DNA of 64,000 bases from Dehalococcoidia bacterium (GTDB lineage Bacteria > Chloroflexota > Dehalococcoidia > Plut-88900): positions 160,001 to 224,000 of the forward strand of contig CBDBLV010000003.1 of the NCBI GenBank assembly GCA_965207225.1. Reading direction: 5' to 3'. The translations under genes and the position numbers were made by a program. The notes beneath the pieces were generated by a model, which was not told the origin of the DNA, did not search any database, and saw only the letters and a list, made by a program, of their open reading frames with translations. Positions within the stretch are counted from its first letter, which is position 1; each line of letters begins with the position of its first letter. This document shows, in pieces, positions 38,240-47,737 of the stretch.

Positions 38240-38530
38240 GTGATCCATTCTTTCAGACACAGCGGGCTCAGCGCATTCTTCAGTAAAGTGGAGAAGCAAC
38301 AGGTCTATACTGAGCATGCCAAAAGGCTAAGACGCGTCTTGACAATGCTCAACAGCAGTACGTCCATGGAGAGTCTGAATTTTCCAGGACTTCGGATTCG
38401 CCGGCTTTCGGGAAAGAAGAATGGTCATTACGCTGTGTTGGTGTGGGACAATTGGTGGATTACCTTTCGCTTTAAAGACGGAAACTTATACGATGTCGAC
38501 TACAGGACTTTCACTGTGGAGGCGATGTGA
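38240..38530 (+). CDS. higB: HigB-like (plasmid killer) toxin, apparently degenerate
   Basis: MIHSFRHSGL, HAKRLR, ITFRFKDG; canonical C-terminal DYH absent in frame. Confidence 0.75.
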   Translation: MIHSFRHSGLSAFFSKVEKQQVYTEHAKRLRRVLTMLNSSTSMESLNFPGLRIRRLSGKKNGHYAVLVWDNWWITFRFKDGNLYDVDYRTFTVEAM

Positions 38531-38847
38531 TGCCGATGGCCGACCCCTGTCATCCCGGCGAGATAATTAGACACGAATGCCTGGCGCCATTGGACCTGCA
38601 CGTTAAAGGGGCGGCCAGGGAGTTGGGCGTAAGTCGGCAGGCGTTTTCGAACCTGCTCAACGCCAGGGCCGGGGTGTCGACGAGCATGGCTTTCAGATTG
38701 TCCAGGGTGTTCGGCTCTACGCCCGAGACGTGGCTCGCCATGCAGACGGCATACGACCTCTGGCAGGCGCGAGAACGGGCAAAAGAGACCAAGCCCGATG
38801 ATTTACCGGGCCCGGCGCTGCCTAGCCGGACCCCGACTCCTCCGTGA
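38527..38847 (+). CDS. higA: HigA antitoxin
   Basis: HPGEII, LGVSRQ, STPETWLAMQTAYDLWQA. Confidence 0.9.
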   Translation: MMPMADPCHPGEIIRHECLAPLDLHVKGAARELGVSRQAFSNLLNARAGVSTSMAFRLSRVFGSTPETWLAMQTAYDLWQARERAKETKPDDLPGPALPSRTPTPP

Positions 38848-39493
38848 TCCCCACACTCCCCAGGGCCGCAATAATCTCTTCCCGGCTCAGAAATGCCCCG
38901 AACTTGATGTGCCGGATCACACCCTGCTCATCCAGGATGAACGTCCACGGAAGACCCGGCACCTGGTAGGAGTTCGCGACCTCGCGGCGGGTGTCGAGGA
39001 CCGTGGGCATCGTCAAGCCTAGCAGCTCCTTGTATCCCTTTACCCTCTCCGCGGACTCCCGGACGTCCACCGCCAGCACCACCAGTTCATCACCCAGCGA
39101 CTGGTGGACGCTCTCTATCTCCGGCATCTCGAAGCGGCAGGGCCCGCACCAGACCGCGAAGAAGTTGATGAAAACGGGCTTCCCCCGGTAGTCGCTGAGA
39201 ACAATGACCTCGCCCTCTTCCGTCTCAAGCCGGAAGTCCGGCGCAAGGGTCCCGACTTCCGCGCCTATGGGAAGGTCGTCGGGATTGGGTGTCTCCTTGA
39301 TGCCCAACCTCAGCGCCGACTCCGGCGTCGGGGTGGCGGTGGGGATGGGAAGGGAGGTGGGTGTAGGTCTGACGGTTGGCTCGGCAGTAGGCTCGGGGGT
39401 GGGGGTGTCCGCGGGGCTGGAACACGCTACCGCGATGAGCAGGGTGAGGGCCAGGAGGAGAAGCAGTAGTCGTATGCACCTTTTGCCGTTCAT
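38822..39493 (-). CDS. TlpA-family thiol-disulfide oxidoreductase lipoprotein
   Basis: Lipobox AVAC, PT-rich linker, APDF, WCGPCRFEMP. Confidence 0.9.
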   Translation of the reverse strand: MNGKRCIRLLLLLLALTLLIAVACSSPADTPTPEPTAEPTVRPTPTSLPIPTATPTPESALRLGIKETPNPDDLPIGAEVGTLAPDFRLETEEGEVIVLSDYRGKPVFINFFAVWCGPCRFEMPEIESVHQSLGDELVVLAVDVRESAERVKGYKELLGLTMPTVLDTRREVANSYQVPGLPWTFILDEQGVIRHIKFGAFLSREEIIAALGSVGITEESGSG

Positions 39494-39564
39494 GGTATGA
39501 GGGGTATTATAGCCCTTGACCCGAACAGAGTCCCCGAGTTACTCGCCACACAGATATTTCCACA

Positions 39565-40938
39565 ATGACGGCAACCGTAATCAAGAACACGACAATCGTG
39601 ACTGGAGGCCCGGGCAGGACCGTCCTTCACGACTCTGCGATTGGGATTGAGGATGGAAGAATCGCCGCCTTGGGCTCTTCCGATGAAGTCATCGCCCGGC
39701 TCCCGAACGCCGAGGTGATCGACGGCCGGCGAAAGGCCGTGTTCCCGGGCCTGGTGAACGCCCACACCCACCTCCTGAAGACCATCAACAAGGGCATCCT
39801 GGAAGACACGGGGTTCCCCACCACCCTCCGCTTCCCCGAAGACACCCGGGGCCTGATGGGCAAGGAGGAGGATAACATCTTCGCCGTGCTGGGGATTATC
39901 GAATCGATACGCAGCGGGGCGACCTGTGTCCTGGAGATCGAGCGGGACATCGCCAACTACGCCGACTCCCTCGCCGCCACCGGCATGAGGATGGTCCTCG
40001 CGGAATACGTCGAGGACGTGGACATGGACCTGGCCCGACAGAGCCGCTACGAGTTCATCCCAGCCAAGGCCGACGAGGGAATGCGCAAGAGCGTCGACCT
40101 CATCGAGGCCTGGCACGGCAAGGCCGAGGGCCGGGTCACGTGCATGACCTCCCCCTCCACCCCCGAGTACTGCTCGCCCGAGCTGCTGCAGGAGAATCGT
40201 CAGGTGTCGGACAGGTACGACATCGGGATGACCGTCCACCTCAGCGAAAGCTACGACGAGGTACAGGCGGTGATGCGGACAAGGGGTGTCAGGCCCACCC
40301 AGTACCTCTACGTCAACGGCGCCCTGGGCCCGAGGGTCGTGGCGGCCCACTGCCGGTACCTGGACCAGTCGGAAATCGCCCTTGCCGGACAGACCCGCAC
40401 CAACGTCTCCTTCAACCCGGCCATCGCCGCCCGGCGAGGCGCAGCAGCCCCGGCCACGGAGCTGGATGCGGCGGGATGCAACATGGGCATGGGCTCCGAC
40501 AACATGGACGAAAACATGCTCCACGTAATGCGCACCGGCCTCTTCGCCGAGCGCGTGCGCCGCCACACGCCCATGTCGCCCCAGCCCGAGCAGATGCTGG
40601 AGTGGGCCACTATCGGCAGCGCCCGGGCCCTGGGCTTGGGGGACGAGGTTGGAAGCCTGGAGGTCGGCAAGAAGGCCGACCTCTTTATGATAGACACCAT
40701 GCGGCCCCATCTCGTGCCCAACCACCGCATAGTGTCGGCCTTCATCCACAACGGCCAGGCCGACGACATAGAAGCCGTGATGGTGGACGGGAATTGGTTG
40801 ATGAGGGATGGGAAGCTCTTGACCATCGACGAGGAGGACGTCGTGGCCCGGGCCGAGGAGATGGGCCAGGCAGTCTGGCGCCGGCTCCTCGATCGAAATC
40901 CCTCGGTCCACTTCCCCTTTGCGCTTCCCCCTCGGTAG
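39565..40938 (+). CDS. Metal-dependent amidohydrolase (MTA/SAH deaminase-like)
   Basis: PGLVNAHTH, HLSES, AHC, GSDN, GSLEVGKKADL. Confidence 0.9.
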   Translation: MTATVIKNTTIVTGGPGRTVLHDSAIGIEDGRIAALGSSDEVIARLPNAEVIDGRRKAVFPGLVNAHTHLLKTINKGILEDTGFPTTLRFPEDTRGLMGKEEDNIFAVLGIIESIRSGATCVLEIERDIANYADSLAATGMRMVLAEYVEDVDMDLARQSRYEFIPAKADEGMRKSVDLIEAWHGKAEGRVTCMTSPSTPEYCSPELLQENRQVSDRYDIGMTVHLSESYDEVQAVMRTRGVRPTQYLYVNGALGPRVVAAHCRYLDQSEIALAGQTRTNVSFNPAIAARRGAAAPATELDAAGCNMGMGSDNMDENMLHVMRTGLFAERVRRHTPMSPQPEQMLEWATIGSARALGLGDEVGSLEVGKKADLFMIDTMRPHLVPNHRIVSAFIHNGQADDIEAVMVDGNWLMRDGKLLTIDEEDVVARAEEMGQAVWRRLLDRNPSVHFPFALPPR

Positions 40939-41012
40939 CGCCATCGGCCCCGTCCTGATAATATCCCTCGGGCCCCATTCGCGAGAGTTCCACCACGTCA
41001 AGGAGGACTGAT

Positions 41013-41216
41013 ATGCCTATAGTGAGAGTCGAGATGCTGCCCGGCAGGAGCGAAGCGCAGAAGTCCGACCTCGTGAAGGCCATGACCGACGCCATGGTCA
41101 ACATCGCCGGCACCCCCTCGGCTGAGTCCGTCCACGTCATCATCACCGAGACCGCGGGCGAAAACTGGGCCATGGGCGGCGAGATGCTGGCCGAGAGGAT
41201 GAAGGCCCGGTCCTAG
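41013..41216 (+). CDS. 4-oxalocrotonate tautomerase family protein
   Basis: N-terminal MP, GRSEAQK, WAMGG; 67 aa; AAGGAGG SD. Confidence 0.92.
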   Translation: MPIVRVEMLPGRSEAQKSDLVKAMTDAMVNIAGTPSAESVHVIITETAGENWAMGGEMLAERMKARS

Positions 41217-41310
41217 GGCGCATCCCTCCCTTCAGGCAAGCCTTTCCTTCAAGTCGTGCGCCGGGCGCACGATTTGAGGACTCTTTGTCCGGAAAGCAAG
41301 GTGGACGACC

Positions 41311-42285
41311 ATGGCTGACATGAGCAGGTTCAGCGCGTACATTTACGGTTGGGGCGCGACACCCCCGACCCTCGACTCCCTGACCGACGTGGTTCAGCAG
41401 CTCGACCGGCTGGGGTTCTACTCCGCCGGGTTCCCGTACCACATGACCCTGCCCCACGCCCCCATGTTCGACCGCTTCAGCAGCCACCACCTCTTCGACC
41501 CCCTCGCCCTGCTCCCGGCCCTGTTCGCAGTCACGAAGAATCTGCGACTCGGCATTCACTCCCTCATCCTGCCCGTGCTCCCGCCCTACTTCTGGGCCAA
41601 GAACCTTTCGACCATCGACGTGATCTCGGGAGGTCGGCTGATACCTGGGATGTGCATGGGCTGGTCGCCCGGCGACTTCCACATGGCCGGGGCGGATGAG
41701 CACCACCGGCGCAGGGCCCGGGTCACCGACGAGCAGATGGAGCTGATCACCCGGCTCTGGACCGAGGACGGCGTGACGCACAACGGCCGGTACTACCAGC
41801 TCGAAAACGTCACCCTTGACCCGAAGCCCGCCCAGAAACCCTACCCGCCCATCTGGTACGGCGGCGGCCTGCCCTCCATACCCAGGGCGGCGAAGTACGC
41901 CACCCACATCCTGCCCGCTCCCATGCCCGTCGAAGAGATCAGGGAGCAGTGGGTCCCGGCAATCGAGGCCGAGAACGAGCGGACGGGCGCATCCCTTAAG
42001 ATCAGCCTGATGAACTTCGTCGCCATAGTAGACGACGAAAGCAAGGTGGAGACCGAGATCGTCCCCCAGCTGCGGCAGTGCATACGCCTGACGGCGTCGG
42101 GGGTGCAGCCGGAGGACATGACCATCGTCGGCTCCCCGGAATCGTGTGCAGAGAGGGTCAGGGTGTTCCTCGACGCGGGCGTGGACCACCTACTCCTGGA
42201 CTTCAGCTACCGGGGCTCGGCCTCCCGGGAGCACCAGCGCGAACAGATACAGCGCTTCGCCGAAGAGGTAGCGCCCCTGGTTTAG
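41311..42285 (+). CDS. LLM-class oxidoreductase
   Basis: SGGRLIPG, PKPAQKPYPPIWYGG, RFAEEVAP. Confidence 0.9.
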   Translation: MADMSRFSAYIYGWGATPPTLDSLTDVVQQLDRLGFYSAGFPYHMTLPHAPMFDRFSSHHLFDPLALLPALFAVTKNLRLGIHSLILPVLPPYFWAKNLSTIDVISGGRLIPGMCMGWSPGDFHMAGADEHHRRRARVTDEQMELITRLWTEDGVTHNGRYYQLENVTLDPKPAQKPYPPIWYGGGLPSIPRAAKYATHILPAPMPVEEIREQWVPAIEAENERTGASLKISLMNFVAIVDDESKVETEIVPQLRQCIRLTASGVQPEDMTIVGSPESCAERVRVFLDAGVDHLLLDFSYRGSASREHQREQIQRFAEEVAPLV

Positions 42286-42380
42286 CGCGAGATTGTCCTG
42301 AAAGAACCCTTCTTCCTTCCCCCAGTACCGAACTAGAGGCCGACGTGTGTCCAGAGCAAGCACGTCGGCCTCTGTTCTTC

Positions 42381-42514
42381 TCTCCCCCTCTCCCTTAATG
42401 GCCCTAAGGGAGAGGGGGACCAAGGCGATGAGGCTTCCCCCGGGGGCTCGGGGGCAAACTCCCCCAAAACTGCCCCCTTTGCCCTATTGACAAATATGCT
42501 ATAAGTTCTATACT
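42381..42514 (+). promoter_or_regulatory. Family D palindrome module abutting a sigma70-type promoter
   Basis: ccctctccctta...taagggagaggg then TTGACA-16 nt-TATACT (42487-42514); similar to the reverse complement of 7841-7965. Confidence 0.55.
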
Positions 42515-42528
42515 AACGTTCAGACCGA

Positions 42529-43656
42529 ATGTCTACACCCAAACTTCACAACAAACCATTGTCAATAGACCATCGCCCTTCCAATGGGGCGTCCGCTCAA
42601 GAGGCGGCTGATCTCCCCCCGGGGCCCGACCTGTCCCCGGATGCCCGCGGTCCTGCGCCGCGGAAGAACCCCCGAGGCCCGGCGTCCCCCGACGCGATCC
42701 TCACGACCTCGGATGCCTGCGGCAACCTACCGCAGAAGAAGACCCGCACCCCCGCTCCTGTACGTCAGGAGCGCAGTCGACGCGGAAGACCGTACCCGCA
42801 AAACCGCGATGGGTCCGGTAATGCCGGCTTAGCCGAAGGCTCGTTGCCGCGTCTGGCCCCCGAGGGCCGGGGCTTCGAGCAGGAGATTACTCTCCTGCGT
42901 TCCATGATCAACCGCCTCTTGAGCAGGCGCCCCCTGGACCACACCTACATCTCCCGCTACATGCGGCTCCTCATCCAGGCCCAGTCCGCCCAGTCCAGGG
43001 CCCCCAAGGAGCTCACCGACGAGCAGGAAGTCGACTCCCTCATCAAGAAGCTCTTCTACAAGAGGGTCGAGGACAGCCAACTCTCCTTCTTCGACCTCCT
43101 GCCCATACGCACCGCCAGGCCCGGCGAGAAGTGGTGGCCGTGGAGACAGCTGATGTCCGTGGAAGAACGACGCCGGGACGGCCTCATCGGCCCTGAAGAC
43201 CGCTGGCCCCGAGAAGTGGACGAATACCTCGATGAAAAGGCAGCCCATGAAGCTGAAATGGCGGCCTTTAGAGCAGAGACGTGGAGAGACATGGAAGCGG
43301 TCCTTGACGGCATGTTCGCCCGTGACCCCGTCCTCAGCAACCTCCATGACCCGGACGAAGAATCCGCTAACCCCGACGACGATGACTATGACCCCGATGA
43401 CCCGGACCCCTCCCCTTCCGACCCCGATTACGAAGACACAGATGACGAACTCCCACCCGACTTGACCGTAATCCCCGCGGATGTGGGAACCCCGAACTGC
43501 GAAGAAATGGGTCCAATCCCATCCCCTGTAGGGGTGCCCCTCGTGGGTACCCTGGACGCTGCCCACGCCGATACCGGCCGGTCGCCCGGTTGGGCCGACC
43601 ACGCTCCGCCCCCCAACCCCAAACCCCGCATCGCCAGAGGCCGCCCCCCGCCCTGA
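42529..43656 (+). CDS. Hypothetical protein: disordered termini, helical core, Asp/Pro tract, in-frame REP-derived segments
   Basis: 375-aa ORF with GC-rich third positions in the core; promoter directly upstream; ends RGRPPP. Confidence 0.6.
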   Translation: MSTPKLHNKPLSIDHRPSNGASAQEAADLPPGPDLSPDARGPAPRKNPRGPASPDAILTTSDACGNLPQKKTRTPAPVRQERSRRGRPYPQNRDGSGNAGLAEGSLPRLAPEGRGFEQEITLLRSMINRLLSRRPLDHTYISRYMRLLIQAQSAQSRAPKELTDEQEVDSLIKKLFYKRVEDSQLSFFDLLPIRTARPGEKWWPWRQLMSVEERRRDGLIGPEDRWPREVDEYLDEKAAHEAEMAAFRAETWRDMEAVLDGMFARDPVLSNLHDPDEESANPDDDDYDPDDPDPSPSDPDYEDTDDELPPDLTVIPADVGTPNCEEMGPIPSPVGVPLVGTLDAAHADTGRSPGWADHAPPPNPKPRIARGRPPP

Positions 43657-43884
43657 GCGAAATAACCCGCGCCCAAAACACAATAACGGGCATTGCCCCA
43701 CCCTCATGTCATTCCGAACGGCAGTGAGGAATCCGGGGAAGTGGGGTGCAGGTCTGGCAATGCACCTGGACGTTCACCATCACTCCTCCCTCGTAGGGAT
43801 GACCGCGCCCTCTCCCCCTGAACCCCCGCAACGGCCCCTGCGATATAATCGCCCCAGGGAAGGCGCACCATCGGAGGGAACGGC

Positions 43885-45012
43885 ATGGCGGACTACAGGG
43901 TAATTTCATCGGACAATCACATCGTCGAGCCTCCGGACCTGTGGGAGAAGAGGATGGAACCGGAGTTCAGGGACCAGGCCCCGGCCATGCGAGAAACGGA
44001 GATGGGCCCCTTCTGGTTCGTTGAAGACCGGCCTACCTTCAACATCACCAGCATGGCCAGCCAGGCCGGGAGGCGGTTCGAGGACGCCGATTCGCTGCAG
44101 ACCGTCGACTCCTGGGAGAACGCCAGGCTCGGGGCTTACATCCCGGAGGAGGCCATCAAGGACATGAACCTGGACGGGATAGACGTCGGGGTCGTCTACC
44201 CCAGCCTTACCATCTTCCTGTACGCCTTCGTCGAAGGAAGCGACCTGCTCTCGGCCATCCTCAGAGCCTACAACAACTTCGCCGCCGAGTACTGCCAGGC
44301 CGTCCCCCGTCGCCTCAAGGGCGTCGCAACCATTAACATCGACGACGTGTCGGACGGCGTCGCCGAACTGGAACGCTGTGCGAAGATGGGCTTCGTCGGA
44401 GCGGCCATCCCCGAATACATGTCCGCCCGACCCTACTTCGACGAGGCCAACGAGCCCCTGTGGGCCGCGGCCCAGGACCTGGACATGCCCCTCGGCCTTC
44501 ACATCTCCACGGCCAGGGTCAAGGCCGGCCGGGGGTGGGACCGGGAGCTTGACGCCTTCGGCTTTGCCAACCTTATGCTGGACAATGCAGACTTCTGGGT
44601 CCGGGTCTCCCTGACCGAGATGATCCTCAGCGGCGTTTTCGAACGCTACCCGAAGCTGAAGGTCGGGGTCGCCGAGCACGAGCTGAACTGGGTGCCCTAC
44701 TGGATGGAGCGCATGGACTACAGCTACAACGAGCGGGCGGCAGGACGGGCGGGGTTCAGGCTGAAGAACGACATGGTCCCCAGCGACGTCTTCCACTCGA
44801 ACTGCTTCGTCGACTTCCAGGAGGACGCCCTCGGCATCACCCACCGCGACATCATAGGCGTGGACAACATCCTCTGGGGCTCCGACTACCCCCACACCGA
44901 GGGCACCTTCCCCAAGTCCCGGGAGTTCATCGAGACCACCCTGGTCAACTGCACGCAGGAGGAGAAGGAGAAGATCGTGGCGGGCAACGCCGCCCGTATC
45001 TACAACCTCTAG
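43885..45012 (+). CDS. Amidohydrolase family 2 protein
   Basis: ISSDNHIVEPPDLW, LGLHI, WGSDYPHTEG, GNAARIYNL. Confidence 0.92.
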   Translation: MADYRVISSDNHIVEPPDLWEKRMEPEFRDQAPAMRETEMGPFWFVEDRPTFNITSMASQAGRRFEDADSLQTVDSWENARLGAYIPEEAIKDMNLDGIDVGVVYPSLTIFLYAFVEGSDLLSAILRAYNNFAAEYCQAVPRRLKGVATINIDDVSDGVAELERCAKMGFVGAAIPEYMSARPYFDEANEPLWAAAQDLDMPLGLHISTARVKAGRGWDRELDAFGFANLMLDNADFWVRVSLTEMILSGVFERYPKLKVGVAEHELNWVPYWMERMDYSYNERAAGRAGFRLKNDMVPSDVFHSNCFVDFQEDALGITHRDIIGVDNILWGSDYPHTEGTFPKSREFIETTLVNCTQEEKEKIVAGNAARIYNL

Positions 45013-45073
45013 GAAGCCCTAAACTGTTTGTAGATGGCATCTGACGCATACCCAGATTAGATGCGTCCGCCCC

Positions 45074-45209
45074 TGCTCATACTTCGAGGGCTCAGCATGA
45101 GCGGCCTCACGCCTCCGGGGAGGGCGACCAGCCGGTCGCCCCTACGGGGAAGGAGGGCCCTTCCACACCACCCCGCGGAATGGATTCCCGATCGGAGTCG
45201 GGAATGACG
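45074..45209. repeat. Mosaic REP-like cluster B-C-A between convergent genes
   Basis: gctcatacttcgagggctcagcatgagcgg; agggcgaccagccggtcgcccctac; ggattcccgatcggagtcgggaatgacg. Confidence 0.8.
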
Positions 45210-45221
45210 ATGGGAGGCGTA

Positions 45222-46367
45222 CTACCGGGTGGCTTCTTCGATGTCGCTCATCGAAAGCTCGATGCCGAAGCCCGGCGCGTCCGAAGGCACCAGCATTCCG
45301 TCCCTGGGGAAGGCCATTCCGGGGTTGGTGCGGTAGCCGTCGTGCATCGGCTCACCGGGAGCGGTGATGATAAGGAACTCGGCCCACGTGCACACGGACA
45401 TGCCGAAGGCCAGGTGCTGGCCGTAGGAGTCTCCACCCGCAAGGTGGGGCATGACCTGGATTCCGGCGGCCTCCGCCACGTTGCATATCTTCACCGCGGC
45501 AGTCATGCCTCCCACGTAGCAGATGTCGGGCTGCATGATGTCGACTAGGTGCCCGGCGGCTGCGGCGGAGAAGGGCGCAAGCATGTACCACCTCTCACCC
45601 GAGGCCAGGGTCTGCCACGGGAGTCTCTGCCGCACCGAACGGTACCCCTCCAGGTCTTCCGGCAGCAGGTAGTCCTCCATCCACTTCAGGCGGTAGGGGC
45701 GCAGCCGCTCGGCGAGCCGGACGATGAAGTCCTGGTCTGAGCTTATGGCGTAGCAGTCGAGCATTAGCTCCCGGTCGGGGCCGAGGGACTCGCGCGCTGA
45801 GGCGACCATCTCCTCGGTCTCGCCGATGATGGTGGGGGCATGGGTGTCGGTGGCGGACAGGCCGAGCTTCGCCGCCCCGAACCCGAGCTCCTTGATCCAT
45901 TCGATATCGAAGCCGGTGGCGTAGCAGAAGAGGGCTTCCCTGGTCGGACCCCCGAGCAGTTCGTAGACGGGCTTGCCCAGCAGCTTGGCCTTCAGGTCCC
46001 ACAGGGCGAGGTCCACGGCGCTGATGGCGTACCCAGCGAGGCCTGCTGCGCTGTAGTGGACTGAGGAGTCGACCATCAGGGTCCAGAGCTTCTCGGTGGC
46101 CATGCAGTTCTCGCCGGTCAGGAAGCCGGCGTAGTGGTCGTTGATAATGGACGCGACGGGTCCGGCATTGCTGGTCATGCCCAGGCCCCAGGTGCCGTCC
46201 TCGGCAGTGACCACGCAGGCGACGTGGCCCCAGGTCGGAAACCGGGGGGGAGACCAGACGGAACCTCGGTCGAAGATCTCGCCATACCAGTCTGCCTTGG
46301 GTGTCTCGGGGCCGCGGAGGACCCTGTCGTTGGTAATGGGGGCCGCGTGGACGGACTTGATTTTCAT
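45222..46367 (-). CDS. Mandelate racemase/enolase superfamily protein (rhamnonate dehydratase-like)
   Basis: AISAVDLALWDL, MLDCY, WMED, SGE, QPDI, APGFG. Confidence 0.88.
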   Translation of the reverse strand: MKIKSVHAAPITNDRVLRGPETPKADWYGEIFDRGSVWSPPRFPTWGHVACVVTAEDGTWGLGMTSNAGPVASIINDHYAGFLTGENCMATEKLWTLMVDSSVHYSAAGLAGYAISAVDLALWDLKAKLLGKPVYELLGGPTREALFCYATGFDIEWIKELGFGAAKLGLSATDTHAPTIIGETEEMVASARESLGPDRELMLDCYAISSDQDFIVRLAERLRPYRLKWMEDYLLPEDLEGYRSVRQRLPWQTLASGERWYMLAPFSAAAAGHLVDIMQPDICYVGGMTAAVKICNVAEAAGIQVMPHLAGGDSYGQHLAFGMSVCTWAEFLIITAPGEPMHDGYRTNPGMAFPRDGMLVPSDAPGFGIELSMSDIEEATR

Positions 46368-46475
46368 GGGTAGGTCGTCCTTTCGTGGGCGGCAATTGCC
46401 GTGGTCCTATTGTAAGGGCGCGAAGGAATGGAGACCACAAGGGTCACCGTCCCAGGACAAGGGACAGGCTGGAGC

Positions 46476-47681
46476 TTAAAGAAGGAGGCTGGAGGGTCTT
46501 TCCAGGTAGCCCTTGATCTCGTTGACGAACTGGGCGGCCTCGGCGCCGTTTACCACGCGGTGGTCGGCGGAGATGGTGCACTGCATGATGTCGGCGACGG
46601 TTATCTGTCCGTCCCGCACCACGGGTTGGCTCGTGACGCTCCCGACTGCGATGCTCGCGCTCTGCCGCGGGTTAATGATGGCTATGAAGCTGTCAACCTG
46701 GAACATGCCGAGGTTGCTGATGGCGACTGTGGCCTCGGTGTACTCCTCGGGCTTGAGGACTCCGTTGCGGGCGCGGGTGCTGAGGTCTCGACTGGCCACC
46801 GAGATCTCCTTCAGCGTCTTGCTCCCACAGTCCAGGATGGCAGGTGCTATGAGGCCGTCCTCCAGGGCTATGGCCACGCCGATGTTGATGGCCGGGCCGG
46901 GCTGGATAGCGCCGTCCGAGTAGTGGGAGTTGAAGGCGGGGAACCTGGCAAGCGCCAGCGCCGAGGCCTTGATTATCAGGTCGTTGACGGTGAGGCGGGC
47001 CTCGCCGGTCCATAGCTCGTTGAGCTCTTCCCGCAATGCCATGGCTTTTGTCATGTCTATGCTGGCAGTCACGTAGAAGTGGGGCATTTCCTGCTTGCTC
47101 TGGGTCATGCGCCGGGCGATGGTCTGGCGCATCCGGGAGAGCTCGACGACCTCACCTGCAGCCGTGGGTGCGGGGGCCGGAGCAGGGCTGGACGCTTCGG
47201 CCGCGGCCAGGACATCCTCCTTGGTAATCCGGCCCTTAGGTCCGGTGCCCGTGACCGTGGACAGATCGACACCCTTCTCATCGGCGATGCGTCGGGCCAG
47301 GGGGGACACCAGGACGCGGTCACCCTTGGGTGCAGCAGCAGGAGGAGCTTCCGCTGCAGGAGGCGCCGGGTCTGGTTTGGAGGATTCGACTGCGGTCGGG
47401 GGTGGGGAGGGGGAGGTTGTGTCCAGGTCGGCGATCTCCTCGTCTGCGGCGCCGATTATGCCTATGACCTGGCCTACGGGGACGGTGATGCCCTCAGTGA
47501 CGACGATGCGGCGCAGGAGGCCGGAAGCGAAGGACTCCACTTCAACGGTGGCCTTGTCGGTTTCCACCTCAACTATGGGCTCGCCCCTGTCAACGTGATC
47601 GCCCTCGGCCTTCAGCCAACGAACGACTGTGCCCTCCTCCATGTCGAAGCCCATCTGGGGCATTATCACGTCAGTGGCCAA
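46476..47681 (-). CDS. pdhC: Dihydrolipoamide acetyltransferase (E2)
   Basis: Lipoyl ETDKA, SPLARR/GTGPKGRI binding domain, DHRVVNG. Confidence 0.92.
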   Translation of the reverse strand: MATDVIMPQMGFDMEEGTVVRWLKAEGDHVDRGEPIVEVETDKATVEVESFASGLLRRIVVTEGITVPVGQVIGIIGAADEEIADLDTTSPSPPPTAVESSKPDPAPPAAEAPPAAAPKGDRVLVSPLARRIADEKGVDLSTVTGTGPKGRITKEDVLAAAEASSPAPAPAPTAAGEVVELSRMRQTIARRMTQSKQEMPHFYVTASIDMTKAMALREELNELWTGEARLTVNDLIIKASALALARFPAFNSHYSDGAIQPGPAINIGVAIALEDGLIAPAILDCGSKTLKEISVASRDLSTRARNGVLKPEEYTEATVAISNLGMFQVDSFIAIINPRQSASIAVGSVTSQPVVRDGQITVADIMQCTISADHRVVNGAEAAQFVNEIKGYLERPSSLLL

Positions 47682-47737
47682 GGGTCTGCCTCCTTTGAAA
47701 TAGCTGCAAGTGCGACGATATGGAATGGACTGTGTGG

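Noticed and set aside
42493-42508. LexA box in the orphan promoter (and GTTCGATCGAAC near 1678)
   Set aside because: Only one GTTC half-site, or inverted order relative to GAAC-N4-GTTC; too weak to call
46540-46570. DHRVVNG instead of DHRxxDG in PdhC
   Set aside because: The Asn variant is known in active E2 enzymes; not evidence of inactivation
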